IMG/VR virus record: IMGVR_UViG_3300045988_174050
Source: a virus
DNA: 41,862 bases
Reading direction: 5' to 3' (one strand)
Positions within the stretch are counted from its first letter, which is position 1, and each line of letters opens with the position of its first letter. The notes beneath the pieces were generated by a model. That model ran no database searches, was not told the origin of the DNA, and saw nothing but the letters and a program-made list of their open reading frames with translations. The position numbers were made by a program, and so were the translations under genes. Positions 1-7,197 of this stretch are shown here, piece by piece.

Positions 1-346
1 ATTTTTTTTTAATTTCATCCCGTGTGGCATTGCGAGACTCGCCGTATTCGGTCGTCAAATCGCGGATTCCAACCATGATTTCAGTCGCAACAGCCGCCGC
101 CTTTTTCATAATGATATCAACGTCATCATCGCTGATGCCGACAACGCCGTTGCGCAAAATCTCCCGGCGGATTTTAACCTCGCGGTCTTCATCTGTGGTG
201 GTTGCAGAATTCGCAATCGCGGCGATTTTGATCGCCGTTTCATCATCCAGCGCCTGAATCTCCAATTTCTGTTCATCTCCGAGGATTTCCACGGAAATCT
301 GTTTTTTCGGCAATTCGAGCGCCCGCAGCTTTTTCAGGTCGAGCAT
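1..346 (-). CDS. Tail assembly chaperone (lambda G/GT-type), 5' portion. The ORF starts at ATG 346 and runs off position 1, continuing at the window end because the genome is circular
   Basis: Minus-strand translation gives MLDLKKLRALELPKKQISVEILGDEQKLEIQALDDETAIKIAAIANSATTTDEDREVKIRREILRNGVVGISDDDVDIIMKKAAAVATEIMVGIRDLTTEYGESRNATRDEIKKK, preceded by an AAGGGA RBS. It lies between the putative tail tube gene and the tape measure gene. It ends in a run of 9-10 A (T on the plus strand at 2-10), as expected for a slippery site. The product is acidic and helical, like G-type chaperones. Confidence 0.55.
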   Translation of the reverse strand, partial: MLDLKKLRALELPKKQISVEILGDEQKLEIQALDDETAIKIAAIANSATTTDEDREVKIRREILRNGVVGISDDDVDIIMKKAAAVATEIMVGIRDLTTEYGESRNATRDEIKKK

Positions 347-377
347 TTTTTTGATGTCCCTTTTTTGTTGTTATTGG

Positions 378-800
378 TTACGCCGCCGGGGTTTTCGAAC
401 TCGTCCAGTCGATCTGAACCGTCATTGTCGCGATTTTTTTCCCATTTGCCGAAATTGTCGGACCAGTGGAAACGGTAACGACTGCGGTTCCGGTAAACCC
501 GGATTCACCCAGCGTAACGGTGCACGTTTTCCCGGCGGCGCGTGTTTCGTCGATCGTCTCGTACTGAGTGTCGATGTATTCAGCCGTTACGGTCATCGAC
601 TGATAGCCGCCGTCCTGCGTGAATGACGTGTAATCGCCGCCCTGAAACGATTGCACCTCAACAGACGGGCCGTTCATCGCCGGGGCAATCGGCACATCCT
701 CCGTGCAGTTCAATACGAATTCTGTCCCGCTCTCCGGCGTAATGCTGACTTTTTGAGTTCTCCCGTTTACCGGTGCTCCAGTGGTCGGAATGTCTGCCAT
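378..800 (-). CDS. Putative major tail (tube) protein, 140 aa
   Basis: It lies immediately upstream, in the transcript, of the G/GT chaperone and downstream of an HK97-gp10-like protein. It has an AAAAAACCTCCT RBS. The sequence is beta-rich and Thr/Gly-rich. The call rests on synteny only. Confidence 0.4.
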   Translation of the reverse strand: MADIPTTGAPVNGRTQKVSITPESGTEFVLNCTEDVPIAPAMNGPSVEVQSFQGGDYTSFTQDGGYQSMTVTAEYIDTQYETIDETRAAGKTCTVTLGESGFTGTAVVTVSTGPTISANGKKIATMTVQIDWTSSKTPAA

Positions 801-829
801 TTTAAAAAACCTCCTGTTATTTTGTTGCG

Positions 830-857
830 GTCTCTACAAAACGCGAATTTGTCAACC
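830..857 (-). promoter_or_regulatory. Late-operon motif copy #1 (GGTTGACA-N8-TTTTGTAGAGAC) upstream of the tail tube gene
   Basis: Minus strand: ggttgacaaattcgcgttttgtagagac. Confidence 0.4.
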
Positions 858-859
858 AG

Positions 860-1279
860 TTAATCTCCCCTGGATTTCAAATATCTGATAACCGCTTGTT
901 GCGCAATATCGGCAGAACGTTCCACAAAACGCGCCGGCGCCTGCCGCGATGTTCCATTATTCAGGTCAGGCACATACGGGACATTGTTCGTCAGGTACAG
1001 GGTATCGGAAACGGTGAAATTATCTTTTATTTCCTGCATTCGCTCGTTGATTTTTGGGGCGCTATATTTCCCCTCCGGCGGAGTAGAATTTGACGGGACG
1101 TTGATCGTCAGAAACCATCCCCAGCGGGCGCGGCCGGTATCAACCGGTGTTGAGATTGTCACCTGCCGGAGCGCCTCGACAATGCCGATTCTCATCGCGC
1201 GAGTAATTTTGTTTTCGTAATACTGTTTCATCCGCTCGACTTCCCGCATGCCCTTCATCAGGTCGAAAAACAACATCAT
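860..1279 (-). CDS. Tail completion / neck protein, HK97 gp10-like family
   Basis: 139 aa, containing ...TPVDTGRARWGWF.... The D-T-G-x-x-R-x-x-W motif is characteristic of HK97 gp10 / tail-component proteins. It sits between the neck proteins and the tail tube. Confidence 0.55.
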   Translation of the reverse strand: MMLFFDLMKGMREVERMKQYYENKITRAMRIGIVEALRQVTISTPVDTGRARWGWFLTINVPSNSTPPEGKYSAPKINERMQEIKDNFTVSDTLYLTNNVPYVPDLNNGTSRQAPARFVERSADIAQQAVIRYLKSRGD

Positions 1280-1741
1280 TCACCCCGCATATTTTGCCGA
1301 CGACGGGAACCGGATTTCGACGTAAATCAGAACTGGAAACCGGAACAGCTCGTCTTCCTGCGACGGGCTGCCATAGTTGTACCGTGCCACGGATGCAGAC
1401 ACACCGCCCGTCCACCCGTCGAGCGAAACATCAATTTTTCCCGGATTTTTGACACTGAACTCATCGATTAACCTAGCCGCAACGTCCGACGCGGTGGCCA
1501 TCGGGTTGATGAATGCCTTGTTGCGGACGAATATGTCATATTCGCAAAGAGCCGTAATCAGTTCCGAAGCCTGTGAATCTTCTTCCCGGCTGTATTCCAT
1601 CACCGTTTCACGGATGTACAGTTCCGCCTTGTCCGGCGCGTTATACCATTCGCGCTGGTATTGCTCTTGCGTGACGATTCCGGCAACCGTTACGATCCGG
1701 CGGCGCATTTCATATCGGAGTGATTCCAGAATATACATCAT
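1280..1741 (-). CDS. Head-tail joining (neck) protein, hypothetical
   Basis: 153-aa ORF, translationally coupled to its neighbours (adjacent stop and start codons) within the connector-to-tail block. No motif recognised. Confidence 0.4.
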   Translation of the reverse strand: MMYILESLRYEMRRRIVTVAGIVTQEQYQREWYNAPDKAELYIRETVMEYSREEDSQASELITALCEYDIFVRNKAFINPMATASDVAARLIDEFSVKNPGKIDVSLDGWTGGVSASVARYNYGSPSQEDELFRFPVLIYVEIRFPSSAKYAG

Positions 1742-1747
1742 TTCACC

Positions 1748-2215
1748 TCATTTCCGCAACGTTAATTCAAGTCGCGCCGGTTCATTGTCCAGCCACTTAT
1801 CCGCCTTGACTGCCGCAATTGTCCACGTGTCGCCGCCGACGGTCAATGTATCGTCTCCCACATCGATCCCCCAATGATTTGACGCGGTAAACGGTCGCAC
1901 CTCTTCCAGCGTCTTTGCCACACCGTTCAGTTTGATTTCAGGATCGCCCGGCTGGCTCTGCATCGCCGTTTTCAGGCGCAAAAACGCGAGCTGACAAATA
2001 AAGTCTCCGGAAAGGTAATTGAGGCCGTCAACCAGTCGGACGTTCACCGGCTGCGGCGCTTTTACGATCAAAGAGCGCTCGATCTCGATGATCCGTCCAG
2101 TTCCTCCGAAGAAGTCGTCGAGCGTGTCAATGCGGATTTTCAAAACCGCGTCGTTGCGGTTCAGATCATCAATCCCTATAATTTCCTGCTGTAGTTCCTG
2201 TTGCCAGTTCGCCAT
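1748..2215 (-). CDS. Head closure / head-tail adaptor protein, hypothetical. The start is chosen at MANWQQELQQ...
   Basis: The six-frame ORF extends to 2305, but the ATG at 2215-2213 has a strong AGGAG RBS (caggagaaaaatATG), whereas the 2305 start has none. Called by synteny within the neck module. Confidence 0.4.
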   Translation of the reverse strand: MANWQQELQQEIIGIDDLNRNDAVLKIRIDTLDDFFGGTGRIIEIERSLIVKAPQPVNVRLVDGLNYLSGDFICQLAFLRLKTAMQSQPGDPEIKLNGVAKTLEEVRPFTASNHWGIDVGDDTLTVGGDTWTIAAVKADKWLDNEPARLELTLRK

Positions 2216-2227
2216 ATTTTTCTCCTG

Positions 2228-2257
2228 AAAGCACGCGAAAGCACGCGAAAGCACGGA
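2228..2257. repeat. Three tandem copies of GAAAGCACGC (10 bp) in the 5' leader of the 1748-2215 gene
   Basis: gaaagcacgcgaaagcacgcgaaagcacgg is directly visible. It lies between late motif copy #2 and the RBS. Confidence 0.6.
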
Positions 2258-2262
2258 TTGCG

Positions 2263-2289
2263 CTTTCATTAAACGGGGAATTGTCAACC
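2263..2289 (-). promoter_or_regulatory. Late-operon motif copy #2 (GGTTGACA-N8-TTTAATGAAAGC)
   Basis: Minus strand: ggttgacaattccccgtttaatgaaagc. Confidence 0.35.
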
Positions 2290-2335
2290 TTTCCCGAGTT
2301 GACATCTTAGCATTTTGTAACGAAAGGGGTATATT

Positions 2336-2794
2336 ATGTCATGTGACGGAAATTGCGCGACGTGTCCGATTCAGTGCGGTGCGTCCACGTTGTCCAAGCT
2401 CGAAGCAAACAAAAAGGAGACCAGGGAAATGAGCGAAGGAGCAATCACCTGCAAGAGCGGAAATGAAGAAAAAATTGCGGTTCTTCTTGCTGAAAATGAG
2501 AACTTGAAAGAGCAGCTCAAAACGCACGGCGCTTCAACTCCGCTTTCAACCGGCCTGAAAACAACGACGTATGTTTCTCTTGTCATTGCGATTATTGCTC
2601 TTTGCGCGGCATTTTATGCTATGAGCAAGGCAGACCGATATGCTGAAATGATTGTTACCGCCAGCAAAAACGCTTCGGACGCTATTACGCTTTCAAAAGA
2701 TGCAAACATGAAAGCGCTTGAGGCAAAAGATCGCTCGGACAAAAACTTTTCTTATCTCCGCGATATGCGCCGAGATTTTAAGGGAAATTTGTGA
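2336..2794 (+). CDS. Plus-strand moron inside the head-tail module: a Cys-rich membrane-anchored protein (N-terminal CDGNCATCPIQC, central TM helix YVSLVIAIIALCAAFYAM)
   Basis: 152-aa ORF with RBS AAGGGG 7 nt before the ATG. It is the only plus-strand gene within the minus-strand structural block. It has a coiled-coil segment (LLAENENLKEQLK). Its stop codon is embedded in the GTGACGTCAC repeats. Confidence 0.45.
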   Translation: MSCDGNCATCPIQCGASTLSKLEANKKETREMSEGAITCKSGNEEKIAVLLAENENLKEQLKTHGASTPLSTGLKTTTYVSLVIAIIALCAAFYAMSKADRYAEMIVTASKNASDAITLSKDANMKALEAKDRSDKNFSYLRDMRRDFKGNL

Positions 2795-2826
2795 CGTCAC
2801 GTGACGTCACGTGATAGCACGTGACA
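2791..2826. repeat. Tandem palindromic GTGACGTCAC repeats (gtgacgtcac gtgacgtcac gtgatagcac gtgaca)
   Basis: Directly visible. The same GTGAC/GTCAC half-site family recurs at 10703-10778. Confidence 0.7.
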
Positions 2827-2940
2827 ATTTTTGTTTTTTTACTTGATTTTTTCCAAAATGACGCTATACTAATTACAGTCACACAATTGGATAGCGGTAA
2901 AATTGGCAAGAGATTGTTGATTTTGCCGCTCTCTTTTTTA

Positions 2941-3002
2941 CAAAAAAATCCGCCGCCAAGAGAACCATCGGGGGAAGGAACAAACCCAAAACTTGGCGGC
3001 GG
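2941..3002 (-). terminator. Candidate stem-loop terminator downstream of the connector gene
   Basis: A perfect 11-bp stem (ccgccgccaag ... cttggcggcgg) with a 31-nt loop. On the minus strand it is followed by ATTTTTTTG, and on the plus strand by AAAAAATTTT. The loop is unusually long. Confidence 0.35.
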
Positions 3003-3011
3003 AAAAAATTT

Positions 3012-3482
3012 TCACTTCGTAATTATGCCGATTTGCACGCTTCCCCCGCCCGTCGCTTCGCTGGAAACCTCGAATCCGGCGTTTTTCAGAATCCGCACGG
3101 TGAACGGGCAGAGAATGTCCGCGACGAACGAATGATCGAACACCGTTCCGTCGGTCGAGAGAATGCCCAGATTCAGTACCTTCAGCGTTTGCGTCGGGTC
3201 TTTCCCGAGATTGACCAGGTGTAACGCCTCCTCAAGGCAAGCCACCTCGAGGACGCTTTTCAACGTGTATTTTTCGACAATCTCCGGATCATCGATGTTT
3301 ACCGGATCTTCCGCGTCCTCCGGCGTGAATGAAGAGAAAATGCGGATAACGACGCTGGCAAGGTTCAAATACTGCGCCTTCGTTTCGTCATCGGCAAGCG
3401 CCGTCCAGCCGGAGGAATAGGCGCGCGCGCCAAAATATTCGTCGGCGCTCTCTACAGTTGCAAATGGTTCGGCGATGTTCAT
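3012..3482 (-). CDS. Head-tail connector protein (gp6-like / DNA-packaging family)
   Basis: 156 aa, acidic. It lies two genes downstream of the major capsid protein, which is the typical position for a gp6-like connector. The N-terminus (EPFATVESADEYFGARAYSSGW) resembles connector N-termini. Confidence 0.45.
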   Translation of the reverse strand: MNIAEPFATVESADEYFGARAYSSGWTALADDETKAQYLNLASVVIRIFSSFTPEDAEDPVNIDDPEIVEKYTLKSVLEVACLEEALHLVNLGKDPTQTLKVLNLGILSTDGTVFDHSFVADILCPFTVRILKNAGFEVSSEATGGGSVQIGIITK

Positions 3483-3484
3483 TT

Positions 3485-3862
3485 TTACGCCCTCTTGATC
3501 TTGCCGGCGGCAACAGCTGCATCATACGCCTTTTTCACGTCAGCCGCCGGGCTGGTCTGGTATCCGCGAATCCCCGCCGCGTTCAGTTCCTGAATCATTC
3601 GCTTGCGGGTCAGCGTGGTTTCCTCTTTCGCGAAATTGTCGCGGCGGATATCTTCAGGAGGCGCTGGATACGACCGGTCAACCGGAGCGGATTCCGGCGA
3701 TTTAACTGCTGGTTTTTCCGGAAGCGGCGTGCCGAGGATTTTTGCCCGGATCACGTCCGCCCCGAGAGAAGCCGGGAAGTCCATTTTTTGGTACTGCCCG
3801 CGATTGTTCATCACCAGCGCCGAAGTGGTAAGTCCGTCCGAAATCAGTTTCAGAATTTTCAT
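3485..3862 (-). CDS. Hypothetical head protein (Ala/Pro-rich; possibly a decoration or stabilisation protein)
   Basis: 125-aa ORF immediately downstream of the major capsid protein. No motif recognised. Confidence 0.35.
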   Translation of the reverse strand: MKILKLISDGLTTSALVMNNRGQYQKMDFPASLGADVIRAKILGTPLPEKPAVKSPESAPVDRSYPAPPEDIRRDNFAKEETTLTRKRMIQELNAAGIRGYQTSPAADVKKAYDAAVAAGKIKRA

Positions 3863-3927
3863 TGATCAACCTCAAAAATCGCCCCTTTGATGCTATCTCC
3901 GGGGCTATGGTGGAGGAGATGAGGGAA

Positions 3928-5139
3928 TTATTCGGTTACGGCCTTGGTAAACACCGGAGCTTCTTCCGAGCTGGTGATCTGCACCAACTTACCGCCGCGA
4001 AGTTTCGCAATTGCTTCCTCCGCGCCCATCAGGCCTTTGATCTGACAGGCGCGGAGCTTCGCGTTGTTGAACTCGAACGTCGTTTCCGCAATCAACGACC
4101 GCCGGATGCCGTCAAACCCGTTTTCGGTCGAGTCGCTGTCCGTCGGAGGTTGCATGTGACGAATTCGGATCATCTCGGGATCGATTACCCATGCCTGATC
4201 CGGGACGATGTTCATCAGCGGGTCAGCAACGATAGTCAGCAGAGAACCGTTCAGGGCGTTGACGACCTGCGCAACGTAGTTGCCGCGCACGCGATCCTCT
4301 CTGAGAATCTGTACCTGATCGCGAGACGTTGCACCAAACACACGTGCCTGAGCCGGGCAGGTCAAAACGGCCTTCCCCTCTCCACCGGCTCCGGCAATCT
4401 GTTGAATAGCATCATTGATAATGATGTCATCAAAAATGGAAGTCCCGCCGCCGTCCACAGACAGCGCTCCCTCTCCGGTCGCGAATTCGTACAGGCCTCC
4501 TGCCATGCCGAGGGCAGAGCCGGAACGTTCCTGCCGGTGTCCGAAAACGAGAACCCCGTTCATGTCGCGCACCATCTCTTCGAGCTTGAGCGAGACCTGA
4601 TGGTTGATCTGGTTGTCGAGGTTTCCGTAAACGGCGGTCTGAATTGCCGAACGGGACAGCGTGACATCCTTCCGAAAAATCTGCGTGTAATTGTACGCCA
4701 TAGAAGCTTGATGAATCGGGCCATCACCGGCGGAACTTCCCTCTTTTTCCGGGTCAGCAACGATCGTCCACGGAACGTTCGCCGGTGCATTGCTGGCATT
4801 GCGGCTTCCTCCGTTTGCGGCGACCAGAGAAACGGTCATGGTAGTGCCGCTGGCGCTGTCTACTTTGAACAGCTCAGGGCCTCCATGCGCCATGACCAGA
4901 GAACCGACTTTCACCATCGCAACTTCTTCAGCCGTAACGGTCAGAGAACCAGACGAATTTCCGGTCGGTTTGAACCGGCGCGGTCCGATGCTGTCCTCCA
5001 TCCATTCGACTTTCGTAGAGGTTGCGGCCTCTCCGGTTCCGATCATTCCGAGAAGCAGCGGCATTTCCTGACGAATGATTTCATAGGTCTCGAGAACCTG
5101 CCGCTTTTTGTTTGCCCAAGTGTAACTGTATCCAGCCAT
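3928..5139 (-). CDS. Major capsid protein
   Basis: 403 aa. It is preceded by a scaffold-like coiled-coil gene, is highly expressed-looking, Gly/Ala/Thr-rich and of typical size for a major capsid protein. The call rests on synteny and composition. Confidence 0.65.
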   Translation of the reverse strand: MAGYSYTWANKKRQVLETYEIIRQEMPLLLGMIGTGEAATSTKVEWMEDSIGPRRFKPTGNSSGSLTVTAEEVAMVKVGSLVMAHGGPELFKVDSASGTTMTVSLVAANGGSRNASNAPANVPWTIVADPEKEGSSAGDGPIHQASMAYNYTQIFRKDVTLSRSAIQTAVYGNLDNQINHQVSLKLEEMVRDMNGVLVFGHRQERSGSALGMAGGLYEFATGEGALSVDGGGTSIFDDIIINDAIQQIAGAGGEGKAVLTCPAQARVFGATSRDQVQILREDRVRGNYVAQVVNALNGSLLTIVADPLMNIVPDQAWVIDPEMIRIRHMQPPTDSDSTENGFDGIRRSLIAETTFEFNNAKLRACQIKGLMGAEEAIAKLRGGKLVQITSSEEAPVFTKAVTE

Positions 5140-5164
5140 TTAAATTTCTCCTGTGTTGTGTTTT

Positions 5165-5884
5165 TCAGTCAACTTCTTTTGCGTCTTGAAGCGATGCCGT
5201 CAAGCGGTCGCGGTAACTCCCTTCGCGCTGACCGCCCGTTACATTTTTCTGGTCAGTGTTCGGGTTGTTTACCCTGCCGCTGCCGAACTTCGACGGCGTG
5301 CTTTCTTTCAGGAGTTTCAGTTTGTCGGCCTTGGAGATAATGAAGTCGAGCGGCTTTTTGCCGTCGATATCTTCGAGCTCGGAAATTGCATTCAACTTGA
5401 AATAGCCTCGCGAATCCTTCGCCCATTCCCGCACAAGCTCCCGGTCGTACTTGTCATCGAGTTTGTCGATCATCTTTTCGACCGCATCCCACGTTTCGCG
5501 CTTTGCCTTTTCCGCTTTTTCGCGCTCGTAGTCGGCCTTCATCGGCTCGTAGGCATTTTTCAGATCTTCCAGCTGTTTCGCAAGCGTCAGGTACTCGGCG
5601 CTCTTGGTCGGGTCACTGCCCGCCGGATTGCCATTTGCCGCGCTCCTGAGCAATTCCGCCAGCTCTTCCGGAGATTTGCCAAGTTGCTTGAACGGTCGGA
5701 GCGCGTCTTCCGCCGCCTTGCGGTCGTTCGTCTCCTTGCGTTTCGCTTCCAGCACGTTCTCCACATCCTGCTCCGTTTTGATCCGCGTCTCGTCCAACGA
5801 GAACTTCCCTCCGTTTTCCGTTACAAACGGGCGGAGGACTTCCGGAACGGCCTCCAAATTTTCCGCGACAATCTCGACAGCCAT
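5165..5884 (-). CDS. Scaffolding protein
   Basis: 239 aa, highly charged (K/E/D-rich) and coiled-coil (EDLKNAYEPMKADYEREKAEKAKRETWDAVEKMIDKLDDKYDRE). It lies directly upstream of the major capsid protein. Confidence 0.55.
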   Translation of the reverse strand: MAVEIVAENLEAVPEVLRPFVTENGGKFSLDETRIKTEQDVENVLEAKRKETNDRKAAEDALRPFKQLGKSPEELAELLRSAANGNPAGSDPTKSAEYLTLAKQLEDLKNAYEPMKADYEREKAEKAKRETWDAVEKMIDKLDDKYDRELVREWAKDSRGYFKLNAISELEDIDGKKPLDFIISKADKLKLLKESTPSKFGSGRVNNPNTDQKNVTGGQREGSYRDRLTASLQDAKEVD

Positions 5885-5927
5885 CTGTCAACAACTCCCT
5901 TTTGTGCATCCGCTGACCATCAGCGTT

Positions 5928-5958
5928 GCGTGTTTCAACAAATGTTTGAATGTCAACC
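5928..5958 (-). promoter_or_regulatory. Late-operon motif copy #3 (GGTTGACA-N8-TTTGTTGAAAC) upstream of the scaffold gene
   Basis: Minus strand: ggttgacattcaaacatttgttgaaac. Confidence 0.4.
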
Positions 5959-7197
5959 TCAACTCGCGAAACTGGCTTGATCGAGCTTTTTCAGCTCTTC
6001 CACGGTCAGCCGTTTTTGCGGGTAAGGCGGGATAAATTTATCGAGTTTCAGGCCGCCCTTTTTCCAGAGTTTGTACCGCTCCGGCCCTAACCAGTCTTTG
6101 CGCTGCTGCTCGGTCATATGCTCATTAAAGTATTCGCGAAACGATACCGCACCGTCGCTTTGCTCGTAAGCCGGTTCTCCGGTTCGTTTTTCGTACTCGC
6201 GCATTGCCTGATAGTACAATTTTTTCTTCTGCTCTTCATCAAGCTCGGAAAACTTCTTGCCCTTGTTTTTCGCTTCGTATGAACGTTGCGCTTCCGACAT
6301 GAAGTCGGCTTTCGCCATCGGCCTTTGCTCATCAGCGAAGTCGGAAGCCGGAGTAACCGGAAGCAGCACGCAACGGCAATTCGGGTGCAGTGGTAGGGAC
6401 GGATGTTCCTCATCCAGTTTATACCGCTTGCGATCTAGAGAGCCGCAAACCGGGCATACCCTGCCATCTAGCGTCGAGAGAATTTCAACTCCGGTTATTA
6501 CATCGTCGTTCGCTTTGTAAAACTGCTCCTTTGCCCCGTTTGCTATTCCGTTGCAAACCGTCCTCGCCATGTTGACGGCCTCCCGGCGCGTGGTGTTGAA
6601 AATGCCGTCTTTGTATCCGTTTTCAGCAGTTCCGGTGATGTTGTCCGCAATCTGATCAATCGTCCATCCGGAAGAAAGCCCACGGCTTACAATTGACTCA
6701 ATTCTAGCCGCGTCATCATACGAGGTTTCCGAAAACCATTGCTGTAAAGTTTTGTCATAGCAAATATAGTTTTGAATGACGCGCGAAAGTGAGGTTCCCG
6801 AAGGCTCGTTCAGCTTCTTCTCCCCGGTCATCTCCTTTGTGACGCGTTTCCCCCATTCCACCTCGTTTTCAGCAAGCTTTTTTGACTCATTTTCAACGTT
6901 TTTTTGAGCATCCGAAAAAGCCTGCGCCCGGATTTTAACGAGCTTTTCGTTGATCTTTTTCAGCTGTTGCAGAGTCTTCTTTTGGTTCGGGACGAAATCG
7001 AAATTTTTCAACTCCTTTTGCAGTTTTTCAAGGAATTTTTTCTCCGTCGCGTCAAGCGCGTCGTTGATAATCTCGCCCCAGTTCGAGCCGATTACCTGCA
7101 GCCGGGCCTGATGATCCGCAATCTGCTTTGCAAGCTCGGCAATTTTTGATTTTTTAGCGGATTCCGTTTTCGTCGCGGTCGGCATTTGCGTTTTCAT
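5959..7197 (-). CDS. Head morphogenesis protein, Mu gpF / SPP1 gp7 family
   Basis: Contains ...TLDGRVCPVCGSLDRKRYKLDEEHPSLPLHPNCRCV..., the hallmark of Phage_Mu_F minor head proteins. It lies downstream of the portal. Confidence 0.8.
   Translation of the reverse strand: MKTQMPTATKTESAKKSKIAELAKQIADHQARLQVIGSNWGEIINDALDATEKKFLEKLQKELKNFDFVPNQKKTLQQLKKINEKLVKIRAQAFSDAQKNVENESKKLAENEVEWGKRVTKEMTGEKKLNEPSGTSLSRVIQNYICYDKTLQQWFSETSYDDAARIESIVSRGLSSGWTIDQIADNITGTAENGYKDGIFNTTRREAVNMARTVCNGIANGAKEQFYKANDDVITGVEILSTLDGRVCPVCGSLDRKRYKLDEEHPSLPLHPNCRCVLLPVTPASDFADEQRPMAKADFMSEAQRSYEAKNKGKKFSELDEEQKKKLYYQAMREYEKRTGEPAYEQSDGAVSFREYFNEHMTEQQRKDWLGPERYKLWKKGGLKLDKFIPPYPQKRLTVEELKKLDQASFAS

Noticed and set aside
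1-100. The 100-bp identical ends read as genuine direct terminal repeats of a linear genome
   Set aside because: Genes run continuously through the junction and the only difference is a homopolymer length. This is most simply explained as a circular-assembly overlap of a permuted or circular genome. Read-terminus data would be needed to prove true direct terminal repeats.
2791-2810. TGACGTCA reads like a eukaryotic CRE/ATF site
   Set aside because: This is irrelevant in a bacteriophage. It is interpreted instead as a palindromic prokaryotic protein-binding repeat of the GTGAC family.
3861-3875. GGTTGATCA overlapping the start codon of the 3485-3862 gene, a possible seventh copy of the late motif
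   Set aside because: It has one mismatch in the first half, no second half (no TTTTGTGAAAAC), and is located within coding sequence. It is probably coincidental.
3862-5340. 492-aa plus-strand ORF
   Set aside because: It lies entirely antisense to the major capsid and scaffold genes. It is Arg/Ser-rich, has no RBS and is of low complexity. This is the typical shadow ORF of a GC-rich coding region.
5153-5980. 275-aa plus-strand ORF
   Set aside because: Antisense to the scaffold gene, with an Arg/Leu/Phe-rich composition and no RBS. A shadow ORF.
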